Below, in pieces: positions 24,689 through 35,835 of a DNA stretch of 64,000 bases. Under the pieces are notes generated by a model, which saw only the letters and a list, made by a program, of their open reading frames with translations, was not told where the DNA came from and made no database searches. Made by a program: the position numbers and the translations under genes. Source of the DNA: Alphaproteobacteria bacterium (GTDB taxonomy: Bacteria; Pseudomonadota; Alphaproteobacteria; UBA828); contig CAXXVO010000004.1 in assembly GCA_963422645.2 (NCBI GenBank), positions 602,539 through 666,538 of the forward strand. Direction: 5' to 3'. Every line of letters begins with the position of its first letter. The stretch's first letter is position 1.

Positions 24689-25768
24689 AGCTCCGTCGTC
24701 CGGCGCTAGGCAGTCCCTGAAGGACGCTGCCATGTTGCGGAGGAGCGTGAAGTAGAGCTCCGGCCCGTTCTCGATTGTGGCGCCGATGGGATCCACGGTG
24801 GCGGCCCTCACGTCGCTGCCTTCGATGACGGTTCTGACGAGGCGCTCGTCGAACTGGGGCTCGTCGAACACGCAGACCACGCCCAGCTCACCCACCTTCT
24901 CGCGCAGCTCGGAGATGCGCCGGGCACCGGGCGCGCGATCGGGACTGATGACGACCGAGCCTGCGGTGGTCAGCCCGAAGCGGTCCTCGAAATAGCGGTA
25001 GCCGTCGTGGAAGACGATGAAGGGCACGCCGCGGGCCGGTGCGACCTCCTGGGCGATCTCCTCCGTCAGGTGATCGAGGCGATGGAGCAGGGCGTCGACG
25101 TTGGCCTCGTAGGTGGCGGCGTTGGCGGGATCGATCTCGGCCAGGGCGCCGGCAATGGTGCGCGCCAAGGTCCAACCGTTGATCGGGTCGAGCCAGACGT
25201 GCATGTCGAAGGGGCCGTGATCGTCTTGGTCGTCATGCGCGTGCCCGTGGCCGTCATCGTCGGCGTGATCGTCATCGTCGGCATGGTCGTCATCGTCGGC
25301 GTGGTCCGCATGATCATCGTGGTCGTCGTCTTCGTCCATGCCCTCGTGGCCGTGGCTGTCGTGGTCGTGCTCCTCGAAGGCGCCGCCCTCGCGCACCGGC
25401 CTAAGCACCAGGCCTGTTGCATCAACGAGCCTGACCACCCGGGCGTTTCTGGCGAGCGCGTCGACCGGCCCGGCGAGCGCGGTTTCCATCGTGTCGCCGA
25501 TCATGAAGACGATGTCGGCATCCTCCAGTGCTGCTGCGTCGGAAGGGCGCATGGTGAAGGTGTGCGGCGACGAGTGGCCCCGGATGACCAGGTGAGGCTC
25601 GCCCACGCCGGCCATCACCGCGCTCACCAGCGAATGCACCGGCTTGATCGAGGCGACGACCTGCAGTTCGTCGTCCGCCGTTGCGGGGCCTGCGGCTGCA
25701 CCGCCGAGCAGCGCCGCTGCGGCGAGTGCCAGGGGGAAGCGTCGTGGTACGATGCGTGGACAATCCAT
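24686..25768 (-). CDS. znuA: Zinc ABC transporter substrate-binding protein with His/Asp-rich loop
   Basis: VVASIKPVHSLV, SPHTF, DMHVWLDP, IVFHDGYRYFE. Confidence 0.93.
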   Translation of the reverse strand: MDCPRIVPRRFPLALAAAALLGGAAAGPATADDELQVVASIKPVHSLVSAVMAGVGEPHLVIRGHSSPHTFTMRPSDAAALEDADIVFMIGDTMETALAGPVDALARNARVVRLVDATGLVLRPVREGGAFEEHDHDSHGHEGMDEDDDHDDHADHADDDDHADDDDHADDDGHGHAHDDQDDHGPFDMHVWLDPINGWTLARTIAGALAEIDPANAATYEANVDALLHRLDHLTEEIAQEVAPARGVPFIVFHDGYRYFEDRFGLTTAGSVVISPDRAPGARRISELREKVGELGVVCVFDEPQFDERLVRTVIEGSDVRAATVDPIGATIENGPELYFTLLRNMAASFRDCLAPDDGA

Positions 25769-25803
25769 GGTCGCGTCTCCGTCAATCAGTCGGGCATGGT
25801 CGA

Positions 25804-25826
25804 GAAGATGTTATAATATAATGCTT
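25804..25826. promoter_or_regulatory. Putative Zur box in the divergent znuA/znuCB promoter
   Basis: ATGTTATAATATAATG, close to the TGTTATAnTATAACA Zur consensus. Confidence 0.75.
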
Positions 25827-25888
25827 GCCCTGTACACCGGCTCTTGGAAGCCGGGCGTCAGAGGCAAGCGCCTGTAGAGGCGGAGGAC

Positions 25889-26560
25889 ATGACGACAGGG
25901 AGCATGTCGCCCGCCGGGTCAGCACCGCTCGTCAGCGCCCGCGACATCGGCGTCAGGCGGAGCGAGCGCTGGATCATCCGGCACGTCGACGTCCAGGTGC
26001 CGCGCGGCGCGCTGGTCTACGTGATCGGCGCCAACGGTGCCGGCAAGTCGACCTGCGCCAAGGCGGTGCTCGGCTTGATCGAAATCGACGAGGGGGCGGT
26101 CGAGAGGGCGCCGGGTGTGGCGGTGGGCTATGTGCCCCAGCGCCTGGCCATAAGCCCGACGCTGCCGCTCACGCTCCGCCGCCTGATGACGTTGACGCGG
26201 CGTTTTCCCCGCCGGGAGATCGAGGCCGCGCTCGACGCGGTCGGTCTGGAGCGGCTCGGCAATCCGCCCATCTTGACGCTCTCCGGCGGCGAATTCCAGC
26301 GGCTGCTGCTGGCGCGGGCGCTGATCGAAAAGCCCGACCTGCTGGTTCTCGACGAGCCGGCCCAGGGCGTCGACGTGAGCGGAGCGGACGTCTTCCACGA
26401 GTTGATCGGGGAGATTCGCCGCACCCTCGGCTGCGGCATCCTGATTATCTCCCACGACATCGAGCGCGCGGCGCGAAGCGGCGACGATGTCGTCGTCCTC
26501 GTGCCCCACGAGCATGACGCGAAGCCAGCCGGCGACGACGCCGGTGCGCCGGGGACCTGA
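25889..26560 (+). CDS. znuC: Zinc ABC transporter ATPase
   Basis: GANGAGKST, GYVPQ, LSGGEFQR, LDEPAQGVD; GGAGG RBS. Confidence 0.9.
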   Translation: MTTGSMSPAGSAPLVSARDIGVRRSERWIIRHVDVQVPRGALVYVIGANGAGKSTCAKAVLGLIEIDEGAVERAPGVAVGYVPQRLAISPTLPLTLRRLMTLTRRFPRREIEAALDAVGLERLGNPPILTLSGGEFQRLLLARALIEKPDLLVLDEPAQGVDVSGADVFHELIGEIRRTLGCGILIISHDIERAARSGDDVVVLVPHEHDAKPAGDDAGAPGT

Positions 26561-26563
26561 GCG

Positions 26564-27382
26564 ATGCTCGACGACTTCTTCATGCGCGCTCTCATCGCGG
26601 GCATCGGGCTCGCGCTCGTCGCCGGGCCGGCAGGGTGCTTCGTGGTCTGGCGCAGACTGGCCTACTTCGGCGAGACCATCGCGCACTCCTCGCTGCTCGG
26701 CGTCGCGCTCGCCATCGTGCTGCAGTTCAACCTGGTGATCGGCATCCTGATCAGCGCCGCGCTGGTGGCCTTCATCATGTTCTATCTCGACCGGCGCGGC
26801 ACTCTGCCGACCGACACCCTGCTGGGCCTGCTCGCCCACGGTGGGCTCGCCCTCGGCTTGGTGATCCTCTCTTTCTTCCCGGCCATGCGGATCGACCTGC
26901 ACAGTCTGCTCTTCGGCGACACCCTGGCCGTCCAGCGGATCGACCTGGCGGTAATCTGGGGCGGCGGCGCGGTCGTGTTGGGCGTGCTCGCGTGGCTCTG
27001 GCGTCCGTTGCTGGCGGCGACCGTCAACCCGGACCTTGCCGCGGTGGCGGGCCTCAAACCGGAGCGGGCGCGGCTGATCTTCGGGCTGCTGGTGGCGGCG
27101 ATCATCGCCGTCGCCATCAAGATCGTGGGCATCCTGCTGATCGTGGCGCTTCTGATCATTCCGGCGGCGACGGCCAGGCGCTTCGCACCGAGTCCCGAAT
27201 GGATGGCCGTGGGCGCCGCGGCGGTGGGCGCCTCCGCGACCGTGGGCGGGCTCTACGCGTCCGCCACCTGGGATACGCCCTCCGGCCCCTCCATCGTCGT
27301 CACCGCGTTGGTGCTCTTCATCGTGACCCGCGCCGACGGCCTGCGGAAGCTGGGGCAATTTGTGGTCAGCCGGAGACGGTGA
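26564..27382 (+). CDS. znuB: Zinc ABC transporter permease
   Basis: GCFVVWRRLAYFGETIAH, LLFGD, ALLIIPAATA, DTPSGPSIV. Confidence 0.93.
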   Translation: MLDDFFMRALIAGIGLALVAGPAGCFVVWRRLAYFGETIAHSSLLGVALAIVLQFNLVIGILISAALVAFIMFYLDRRGTLPTDTLLGLLAHGGLALGLVILSFFPAMRIDLHSLLFGDTLAVQRIDLAVIWGGGAVVLGVLAWLWRPLLAATVNPDLAAVAGLKPERARLIFGLLVAAIIAVAIKIVGILLIVALLIIPAATARRFAPSPEWMAVGAAAVGASATVGGLYASATWDTPSGPSIVVTALVLFIVTRADGLRKLGQFVVSRRR

Positions 27383-28292
27383 CGGTCTCGTCGGCGCAGC
27401 CCTCCAACTCGATCTGCACCGTGACATGGCGGATGTCGAAGCGGTCCGCGAGGCGCTCCTGAATCGCGGCGACGGCCGAATCCGGATTGGTGCCCTCGGT
27501 GACGCGGGCGTGGAGCGTGAGCAGCGAGCGCTCCTGCGAGAGCGACCAGGCGTGGACGTGATGCACGTCTTCGACGACGGTGACGTGGGAGACCAGATCG
27601 CGGCCGATGTCGCGAACGTCCAGCGCGGCAGGCACCCCTTCGAGCAGGACGTGCGCCGCATCCTTCACCAGGAACCAGGCGCTCCGCAGCACCAGCAGGC
27701 CGACCAGGATTGAGAGGATCGGGTCGATCGGCATCCAGCCGGTGGTCATGATGACCAGCGCTGCGCCGATCGCCGCCACCGAGCCGAGCATGTCGCCCCA
27801 CACGTGGAGGAGCGCGCCCCGCACGTTGAGGTTGTTGCGGTCGGCACCATGGAGCACGGCGAAGGCCGCAATGTTGATGGCCAACCCCAGCCCCGCCACC
27901 GCCAGCATGGGGCCGGCCAGCACCTCCGTCGGGTTCAGCAGCCGGTCGGCGGCTTCGCTGAAGATCCAGATGATGATGAAGACGAGGCTGATGCCGTTGG
28001 TGAAGGCGGCGAGGACGGGGAAGCGGTGATAGCCGTAGGTGCGTGCCGCGTCGGCGGGGCGCCGGCTCAGCCTGAAGGCGAGCCAGGCGAAGAGCAGGGA
28101 GACCGAGTCGGTCAGCATGTGCGCGGCATCGGCCAGCAGCGCGAGCGAGCCCGAGAGCACGCCGCCGATCACCTCGGCGATCATGAAGCCCGCGGTCAGC
28201 AGCAGCGCCCAGAAGATGCGGGTGGCGTTGTTGCCGTGCGTGTGGTGGACGTGCGCGTGGCCGGCGTGGTCGTGGTGAGAGCCGGTCATCAC
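27366..28292 (-). CDS. Cation diffusion facilitator (ZitB/CzcD-like)
   Basis: His-rich N-terminus, SLALLADAAHMLTD, LHVWGD, VHHVHAW. Confidence 0.92.
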   Translation of the reverse strand: MMTGSHHDHAGHAHVHHTHGNNATRIFWALLLTAGFMIAEVIGGVLSGSLALLADAAHMLTDSVSLLFAWLAFRLSRRPADAARTYGYHRFPVLAAFTNGISLVFIIIWIFSEAADRLLNPTEVLAGPMLAVAGLGLAINIAAFAVLHGADRNNLNVRGALLHVWGDMLGSVAAIGAALVIMTTGWMPIDPILSILVGLLVLRSAWFLVKDAAHVLLEGVPAALDVRDIGRDLVSHVTVVEDVHHVHAWSLSQERSLLTLHARVTEGTNPDSAVAAIQERLADRFDIRHVTVQIELEGCADETVTVSG

Positions 28293-28421
28293 TGCGAAAC
28301 CAGCAAATGGTCTGCCGAAGGCACCTGACGATCTCCTTTCGTCAGAACTGGGACAGTCTATTGCAAAGGGGGCGTGACGGGCCGCGCATTCCCGCGATCT
28401 GCCGCTGCCGTTGCGGGCAAC

Positions 28422-29471
28422 TCAGCCGAGCGGTGTGTTGAGAAAAGCGATGAACGACACCAACCCTACGAGGGTGACCAGGGCGGCGCCCGCGTAGTTC
28501 ATGCCGTGGCGCAGCACGTTCGTTCCTCCACCGCCCGAGCGCTCCATGACTCTCATCGCGGCTTGTCTGGCGAGGATGGCGCCGACCCCCAGCACGCAGA
28601 TGGTCGAGCCAATGCCGAGCGACATCGCCGCGACCAGCAGGGAGCCGGGAACGATCATGTCGTTGGCCACTGCGTAGAGCATGATCAGCACGGCGCCAGG
28701 GCAGGGGACCATGCCGGCCGCGAGCGCCAGAATGCCGCCTTCCGCCTTGGCGCCGTGGCTGTGGCCATGGTGATGGCCGTGGTCGTGATGGTGGGGGTGG
28801 CTGTGATGGTGAGGCGGGCTGTGCCCGTGGCTGTGATCATGACTGTGCCCGTGCCCTTGGCCGCGTGCGCCGCCTGAGCGCGCCCTCAGCGAGGCACGAA
28901 CGGCCCGGTAGAGCATGTGGAGGCCGATGCCGACGATGATGAGGAAGCTCGCGGCGCGCACGCCCGGCACGTCCGATAGCCCGAGGCCGAAGCCGCCGCG
29001 CAGCACGAGGTCGGCGAGCCAGACGATGACGACGGCGGCGATGACGTGGACGATGGCGATCTGCACGGCCATGACCACGCCGCGCATGACCCGTGCCTCC
29101 CGCCCGAGGAAGTAGGAGACGACCACGAACTTCCCGTGCCCTGGCCCGAACGCATGGACGGCGCCGTAGGCGAACGCGACCGCAAGGGCCAGAAGGAAGG
29201 TGCCGAGGTTCTCGCCCCGCTCGATGGCGTTCATGTGGAGGGCCACCTCGGCATTGGCGCGGCGCTGGAAGTCCATCAGGAAGTCGGTCAAACCCTCGAA
29301 CAGGCCGCCGTCTTCCTCGACGATCTCGACCTCGACCGGGGCAGGCGCTGCGGCGTCGGTCTGCGAGAGCGCGAGCGGTGCCGTGAACAGGGTCGTCAGG
29401 AGCAGCACGCACACCAGGCCCAGCAGCGCGATGGGTCTGCGGAGACGGCGTCTGCGGGGCCAATGCCTCAT
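28422..29471 (-). CDS. RcnA/NiCoT-like (ZevB-like) metal transporter
   Basis: YGAVHAFGPGHGK, His-rich loop, GMVPCPGA. Confidence 0.88.
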   Translation of the reverse strand: MRHWPRRRRLRRPIALLGLVCVLLLTTLFTAPLALSQTDAAAPAPVEVEIVEEDGGLFEGLTDFLMDFQRRANAEVALHMNAIERGENLGTFLLALAVAFAYGAVHAFGPGHGKFVVVSYFLGREARVMRGVVMAVQIAIVHVIAAVVIVWLADLVLRGGFGLGLSDVPGVRAASFLIIVGIGLHMLYRAVRASLRARSGGARGQGHGHSHDHSHGHSPPHHHSHPHHHDHGHHHGHSHGAKAEGGILALAAGMVPCPGAVLIMLYAVANDMIVPGSLLVAAMSLGIGSTICVLGVGAILARQAAMRVMERSGGGGTNVLRHGMNYAGAALVTLVGLVSFIAFLNTPLG

Positions 29472-29477
29472 CGCGCT

Positions 29478-30068
29478 TTACCCCTCGCACGCCAGCGTGA
29501 CCGGCTGGGGATGGCCGGATTGCGCGCCCTTGCCGCGTGCGATGCGGAACTTGCATCCCGGCGTCATCTCGCCGCTAACCAGCAGGAAGGGCGCATCGGA
29601 AAAGCTGAAGTCCACAAAATTCTCGCGATCGAAGAGGCTGACGCTCACCGGCTCTACCTTCGGATCGAGGGTCGGCGTAACGCCTACGGAAAACTCGTAG
29701 ACGAGTTGCGCCTGCTCGATCCGCGCCGCAAAGCGATCCACGTTGTGGACCTGCTGTTTTTCCTCCCCCAACCAGATGTGAACGAAATAGTCGGCGGGCG
29801 AGAGCGGGTCGAAGGTCTCGGCGCGCAGGTGCCTGACTTCAAGAGAATTGAGCGTTCCATCCCCGTCCAGATCGTAGGTTTGGATGGTATGGGCGCTGTA
29901 GAAGTCGTCGAACGCCCAAGAAAACGCCAAGCCGCTGACACGCTGATCGTCGAACGCGACGGTGAGCGTGGTCTCGACCCACACATCCGGATTTGCGCGC
30001 GCCTCGGCTGCTGCCAGCAGTGGGATCAGCGCGAGAGCCAACGCCCATGGCCTGACGATCGCCGTCAT
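29478..30068 (-). CDS. DUF1007 family periplasmic protein (ZevA-like)
   Basis: Signal peptide, NPDVWV (family has HPHVW), WAFDDFYS, DLDGDG; adjacent to the RcnA-like gene. Confidence 0.78.
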   Translation of the reverse strand: MTAIVRPWALALALIPLLAAAEARANPDVWVETTLTVAFDDQRVSGLAFSWAFDDFYSAHTIQTYDLDGDGTLNSLEVRHLRAETFDPLSPADYFVHIWLGEEKQQVHNVDRFAARIEQAQLVYEFSVGVTPTLDPKVEPVSVSLFDRENFVDFSFSDAPFLLVSGEMTPGCKFRIARGKGAQSGHPQPVTLACEG

Positions 30069-30176
30069 GGTCGAAATTTATGACATGTCGTTTGACATGT
30101 CAATGAGACTGCGCGCAGGGAATGCGCTGCCGCGCTGCCCTCCTGCGGCTGAAGGGAAGAGGTGCCCAGTGTGCGT

Positions 30177-30323
30177 TAGAGCGTTTCCGTTCAAACGGAA
30201 ACGCTCTCGCATTGTATCGCTCACGGCGGCCGGCCTGCGGCCGGGGCCTCCGCGAGGGCGCCGCTGACGCGGCGGGCCGCGGTCGCGGCCTAACGCGCGT
30301 CCGTCAAAAACGGACGCGCGTTA
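30177..30323 (+). repeat. Palindromic RIME/MITE-like repeat, copy B
   Basis: AGAGCGTTTCCGTT-CA-AACGGAAACGCTCT and TAACGCGCGTCCGT-N5-ACGGACGCGCGTTA hairpins. Confidence 0.85.
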
Positions 30324-31067
30324 GGAGCTGAGGTCCACAGGCCCGAGGGAGATCTGCGCGGGCGAGTCGGTCAGTGCCTCCATCACCTTCCTCTGGCTGC
30401 CGCGCAGCGCGTGCTCGGTCAGCTCCGCAGCCCGCTCACCGTCGCCCTCGATCAGCGCCTCGACCAGGTCGTCGTGGAAGTGGTGGAACTCGTGCTCCCG
30501 CCGCTGCAAGGCGAGGCCCAGGTGCACGATGCGCTCGTGCTGTTCCATGAGGCCGACGACCAGGGTGACCAGGCGCTGGTTGCCGGAGCTCTCCGCAACA
30601 TAGCGATGGAACTCGCGATTGGCCCGCAGGTAGGCCGCCTGGCCGGCCTTGTCGCCTTCCGGATAGGTCGCGTGCGCGGCCTCGTTCAGCGCGCGCAGGC
30701 GCTCGGCATCCACCTTGCCGGCGGCGAGCCTCACGGCAGTGACGTCGAGCACGAGGCGGAGCTGGAAGATCTCCTGAATGTCGCGCAGCGTGACCGGGGA
30801 AACCGCGTTGCCCTGCCGCCCGCGCGAGACGATCAGCCCTTCCTGACGCAGGCGCATCATGGCGCTGCGGATGGGCGCCTTGCTCATGCCGTAGCGGGCG
30901 ACGAGCAAGCCCTCGGAAATCTCCTCGCCCGGCTGCAGGGCGCAGGAGATGATCTCGTCCTTGATGGTCGCGTAGGCGATATCGTTCAGGTTCGGCTCGG
31001 CCCTTCGCGTGCTTTCGTTCAGCGGTTCAGAAGGTTGCGGGGCGGCACGATGCTTGGTGGATGGCAT
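30321..31067 (-). CDS. GntR (FCD) family transcriptional regulator
   Basis: AYATIKDEIISCALQPGEEISE...MSKAPIRSAMMRL; NREFH...SGNQRL. Confidence 0.92.
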   Translation of the reverse strand: MPSTKHRAAPQPSEPLNESTRRAEPNLNDIAYATIKDEIISCALQPGEEISEGLLVARYGMSKAPIRSAMMRLRQEGLIVSRGRQGNAVSPVTLRDIQEIFQLRLVLDVTAVRLAAGKVDAERLRALNEAAHATYPEGDKAGQAAYLRANREFHRYVAESSGNQRLVTLVVGLMEQHERIVHLGLALQRREHEFHHFHDDLVEALIEGDGERAAELTEHALRGSQRKVMEALTDSPAQISLGPVDLSS

Positions 31068-31359
31068 GGATCGTCGGGTCCTTGCCGGCTCCTGCCGGCG
31101 GAGGCGGCCGTGCGGCGCGCCGCTGCTGCCCGAACCTAGCGCAAGTGTCTGCCGCTCGCGAGGGCCGGTACAATTGGGCGCGTGCGCCGCGGCGAATCGA
31201 CGAGGGACGAGCGTGTCGCCACCGCTTCGCGCACGCAAATGCTGCAAGCATATCTGTTTAGATATGTATAATACAGTATAGAATCAGACTTCCTGACCTC
31301 TGCTGATTTTAGGTGACACGAGCCGCGCGGATTCCGAGGCCCCGTCGATGTCGTAGACT

Positions 31360-32382
31360 CAGACTTCCTGACCTCGTGATGCTGGCTGTTCTGGGCAGCG
31401 TGCCGGGAACTCCTTGAATTCTGATACATTTCGGTTGTTTCAGGCGGTTTTTCGCTGGGTGTCGCGCCCGAGGTCTGATATTATAATTTGATACCAATTG
31501 CACGGTCTCAACCATGCCCAGTACCCTCCCAATGTGCCCTCCAGAGGCGGTCTCGATCGGCAACAGCTGCTTCGCCGTCCTGATCTCGGACGACACCTTC
31601 ACCTACTTTTCCAACCTCATTCCCTTTGACAGCCACGCCGCCGATGACCGCACGGCCATGCTCTTGCGGATCGGCCGCCTCGCGGCGATCAGCGCGGTCT
31701 CGCCGCAGGAACTGGCTGACGCTTTCGCTGTCTCGCGCGCGACGGTGCAGCGCGCACGACGGCGCTACCTGGCCGAGGGCGAAGCGGGGTTCATGAAGCC
31801 CCGGCGCGGTCGCGGGCCGTCGGTGTTCACTCCGGAGTTGGCGGAGAAGGCGACGGCGTTGCTGGCATCGGGCCTGAGCGGCTCTGCGGCGGCCCGGGTT
31901 CTCGGCGTGTCAGCGCCATCGGTCAACAAGTGGCGCCGTCAGGGACTGATCGGCAACACGGAGGCGGATGGGGAGCCCGGACGCTCAGCGCTGGCTGCGC
32001 CGCCTGACGCGGGTGCGGCTCCTGAAGGCCGTGTCGATGAAGAGAGTACCGGTGCCCCGGGGCCGGAGACGGCGCCGGGGCTGGAAGCGCAGCCGCAAAC
32101 GGATCGCAGCGCGCGCGATCGGCGGGACCGGCAGGCGCCGATGGGGCGTGCGACTTGCGATGTTCCGGCTCGGGTTCTGGCCAGTTGTGGCCTCCTGCGG
32201 GTCCACATTCTTGGCCTCGCAAACGACGCCTGCGACCGTTGGATCGATGCGGTTCTGAGCGACCTGAACGCCACCGAAACGGTCTTCCCCGGCACCCGTC
32301 TGCGCATAGTCTACGACATCGACGGGGCCTCGGAATCCGCGCGGCTCGTGTCACCTAAAATCAGCAGAGGTCAGGAAGTCTG
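31360..32382 (+). mobile_element. 1023-bp mini-IS nested in its own parent element
   Basis: AGACT duplication (31355-59 / 32383-87); same deletion junction as the 21159 copy. Confidence 0.94.
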
Positions 32383-33605
32383 AGACTATGCGCAGACGGG
32401 TGCCGGGGAAGACCGTTTCGGTGGCGTTCAGGTCGCTCAGAACCGCATCGATCCAACGGTCGCAGGCGTCGTTTGCGAGGCCAAGAATGTGGACCCGCAG
32501 GAGGCCATTGCCAGGATCCGGCAGGATGTCGGCATCGGCGGTGAGCAGCGCTTGAAGCAGTTTCCGGGGATGGGGCTTGTGGCCCTGCGCCTGCATGACG
32601 GGAAGCATCATGCGGGTTTCGGCGCGGTAGGCGATCATCCGGATGACGTCGAGGAGGAGGCGCTCGCGCGCGGGCAAGGCATCGAGCTGCTCGGCTTCGT
32701 CGAGGTCGCCGGCCCGGCAGTGCTTGGGCGTCTCCCTGCGGCTGGCCCTGACGATGTCGCGGACATCCTGGAGGTCCCTGACTTCCCTCCTGAGTTCCGC
32801 CGTCGGCTGCTTCTTCCGGGCCGTGTCGGCGATGCGGTTGCGCAGGCGGCCAAGCTGGCGGTCGAGGCGATGGATTGCCTTGTCATAGGCCCGCCGCAGC
32901 GGGTTGACGACCATGGCGGCGGGATCGAGAGGCTCGAGCTCGTGGGTCGGCAGGGCGTCGAGATTGAACTCGTCACGCATGTACTTGAAGAAGTTCTCCT
33001 GCGACCAGCGCGAGAACATGGCGCCCGCAACCTCAGCCATCGGCTTGTGCGGATCGGTGGTGATCAGCGGCACCTGACGGCCGTTGTCGAGCAGGCGGCG
33101 GATCTGGCGCACCCTGAAGCCGTTCGGCAACGTCACCGGCTTCTCAGCCAGCCGCATGGTGGCGCTGCCGTCCGCCGCCGGTCCGTGAATGGGAACGGTC
33201 ATCGCGCCGAAGTCCTCGGCCGGCCAGTCCTCGCCCCTGAAGTTCTTGTGCCAGGTCAGGCAGGCGACGCCGCGCCTCGCCAGCCGGCGGAACAGATCCG
33301 GGCTCCAGCCCTCGCGGTCGAAGACCAGGGTGAGCGCCGGCTGGCCGGGATGCTCGGCGGTCAGGTCCGGCGCCCCGGCGCCAACGATCCCAAGCTCCTG
33401 CAGTGTCAATCGGCTTTCAATACTGACCCCCGATCGGCGTGCAAAATTGACCCCCCTGAGTGGCACGGCGGAGGTTGTCCCGGTAGCCAATAGGGGGGAC
33501 CCGCGCGGCTTCGTGTGGCGCCCTGCGCTACGCGGAGCGAAGCCGCGTGGGGGGTCCCTGTTGGCCCACCGGGGCAACCGGGCCGCAAGGGAGGCCGGCG
33601 GCGGG

Positions 33606-34334
33606 TCAGGAGCGGTTCTTGAAGCGCCAGCTCTCGTTGCCGGTCTCGATGATCTCGCAATGATGGGTGAGGCGATCGAGCAGCGCTGTGGTCATCTTGG
33701 GGTCGCCGAAGACGGATGGCCATTCGCCGAAGGCGAGGTTTGTGGTGATGACGATCGAGGTGCGCTCGTAGAGCCGGCTCATCAGATGGAAGAGCAGCTG
33801 CCCACCGGCCTGGGCGAAGGGCAGGTAGCCGAGCTCGTCGAGGATGACGAAGTCGCGGCGGACGAGCTGGTCTGCAGTGCGGCCCTGGCGTCCGGCGCGA
33901 AGCTCGGCCTCGAGGAGGTTGACCAGGTCGACGACGTTGTAGCACCGGCCGCGCGCGCCCTTGCGGATGCAGGACCGCGCGATGGCGACGGCGAGATGGG
34001 TCTTGCCGGTACCGGTGCCGCCGACCAGCACGATGTTGCGTTTGCCCTCGAGGAAGCCGCCGCCGGCGAGCTCCTGGATCAGGGGCTCGTTGACCGGCGA
34101 GGCGGCGAAGTCGAAGTCGGCCAGCTCCTTGACCGTCGGCAGCTTGGCGGAGGCCATCTGGTACTTGATCGAGCGGGCCCTCTTGTCGGCGATCTCGACC
34201 TGCAGCAGCGTACCGATGATCTGTTGCACCGGATGGCGGCGCTTGAGCCCGTCGGCAAGGATGTCGTCGTAAGCGGCGCGCATACCTGCGAGCTTCAGCT
34301 GGGTCATCATCTCCAGCACATCATGACGCTCCAT
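33606..34334 (-). CDS. istB: IS21 helper ATPase
   Basis: [34 protein letters not shown]. Confidence 0.96.
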   Translation of the reverse strand: MERHDVLEMMTQLKLAGMRAAYDDILADGLKRRHPVQQIIGTLLQVEIADKRARSIKYQMASAKLPTVKELADFDFAASPVNEPLIQELAGGGFLEGKRNIVLVGGTGTGKTHLAVAIARSCIRKGARGRCYNVVDLVNLLEAELRAGRQGRTADQLVRRDFVILDELGYLPFAQAGGQLLFHLMSRLYERTSIVITTNLAFGEWPSVFGDPKMTTALLDRLTHHCEIIETGNESWRFKNRS

Positions 34335-35835
34335 GACCGGCCTCCCTCAGGCTGTCGTAGCGCTGACAGTCGGCTACCGGCTTGTGGCGAAGCTGCAGGC
34401 CCTCGGGCGTCGGGATGATTGCCGGCGGTGCCGGCTGGCGCTGCCGGGCGAGGATGTTGAGCACCACGTCGGCGCTGCAGGCACCGCAGTCGAGCGTCTC
34501 GGCACAGGCCGCCTCAACCGCCTCCAGTCCGTCCTCCAGCACCGCCGCGAGCACCTTGACGAACTGCCGGTCGCCGTCGTCGTGGCCCGCGAGCCGGGTT
34601 CGCAGGCGGCCGAGCGCGTTGGGCAACTGCCAGTCCTTGAAGGGCGCGCCATTGCGTAGCGCGCCGGGCTTCCGCGTCAGGATCGGCACGTAATGCCACG
34701 GATCGTAGACGAACCGGCCGCGCCCGAAGCTGCGGGGGTGCTCGGCAACGGTCTCGCCGTCCTGGCGGATGACGATCCGATCGGCATAGGCCCGCACGTC
34801 CACCGGCCGGCCGACGGCGCGGGCCGCGACGCTGTACTGGTTGTTGTCGAAGCGCACCAGACAGGTCTTCGAGACCGACACCTCGCTGGCATGGAAGCCG
34901 TCGAAGGGGCCGCGATACGCCATCAGGAAGGGCTGCTCCTCCTCGAACACCTGCCACACCGTCTTGCCCGGGATTGTCGGATGCGGATGCTTCTTGGCGT
35001 CCTCGATGCACCGATCCATCAGCCACTCGTTGATCTCGGCGTAGGAGCGGCCCCGCGGGATGGGCACGAACAGGCGGCCGCGAAGGTCACCCACCTGCTT
35101 CTCGACCTGCCCCTTCTCCCAGCCAGCCCCTGGCGTGCACGCCACAGGCTCCACCAGATGGTGCGAGCACAGCTCCTGGAAGCGGCGGTTGTAGTCCCGC
35201 TTCTTGCCCACGAAGATCGTGCTCACCGCCGTCTTCATGTTGTCGTAGATGCCCCGCCGGCAGACCCCGCCGAAGAAGCGGAAGGCACGCTCGTGCGCCT
35301 CGAAGACCATCTCCTGGCTCTCGCGGGGAAAGATCTGGACCAGATACATCCGGCTGTGGCACAGCCGCATGTGCGCCGCCTTCACCCTGGTCGTCGCGCC
35401 CGACAGACGCGCGTACTCGTGGCTCCAGTCGAACTGGTAGGCCTCGCCGGGATCGAAGATCAGCGGCACATAGGCCTGCGCCGGCGACAACAGCCGCCAC
35501 CGGCGCCGCCAGGCCCTGGCATAGCGGCGAACCGCGTCATAGCCGCCCTTGTAGCCCAGCGACACAAGGTCTTCATGAATCCGCAGAAGAGACAGCCGAT
35601 CCTTGCGTGCCTTCTTCTCGTTGGCCTTCAGCTGGCGCTCAAGCTCCTCCACCCACAGCCCAAGCTTCGGCATCGGCTGGATCTTGCGCTCGTAGCTGTG
35701 CGAGGTCGCATCGCCCCGCACCACCTTGCGTATCGTGTTCTTGGAAACCCTCAAATCCCGGGCGAGCTTCTTGATCGGAACGCCCTTCACCAGATGATCC
35801 CGACGGATCTTCGCGATCGTTTCCACAACCAGCAT
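34321..35835 (-). CDS. istA: IS21 transposase
   Basis: [26 protein letters not shown]. Confidence 0.96.
   Translation of the reverse strand: MLVVETIAKIRRDHLVKGVPIKKLARDLRVSKNTIRKVVRGDATSHSYERKIQPMPKLGLWVEELERQLKANEKKARKDRLSLLRIHEDLVSLGYKGGYDAVRRYARAWRRRWRLLSPAQAYVPLIFDPGEAYQFDWSHEYARLSGATTRVKAAHMRLCHSRMYLVQIFPRESQEMVFEAHERAFRFFGGVCRRGIYDNMKTAVSTIFVGKKRDYNRRFQELCSHHLVEPVACTPGAGWEKGQVEKQVGDLRGRLFVPIPRGRSYAEINEWLMDRCIEDAKKHPHPTIPGKTVWQVFEEEQPFLMAYRGPFDGFHASEVSVSKTCLVRFDNNQYSVAARAVGRPVDVRAYADRIVIRQDGETVAEHPRSFGRGRFVYDPWHYVPILTRKPGALRNGAPFKDWQLPNALGRLRTRLAGHDDGDRQFVKVLAAVLEDGLEAVEAACAETLDCGACSADVVLNILARQRQPAPPAIIPTPEGLQLRHKPVADCQRYDSLREAGHGAS

Noticed and set aside
25215-25375. Short tandem repeats as a CRISPR-like array
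   Set aside because: They encode the DDDHAD metal-binding loop of ZnuA; no spacers or cas genes. I saw no CRISPR, tRNA or rRNA in the window
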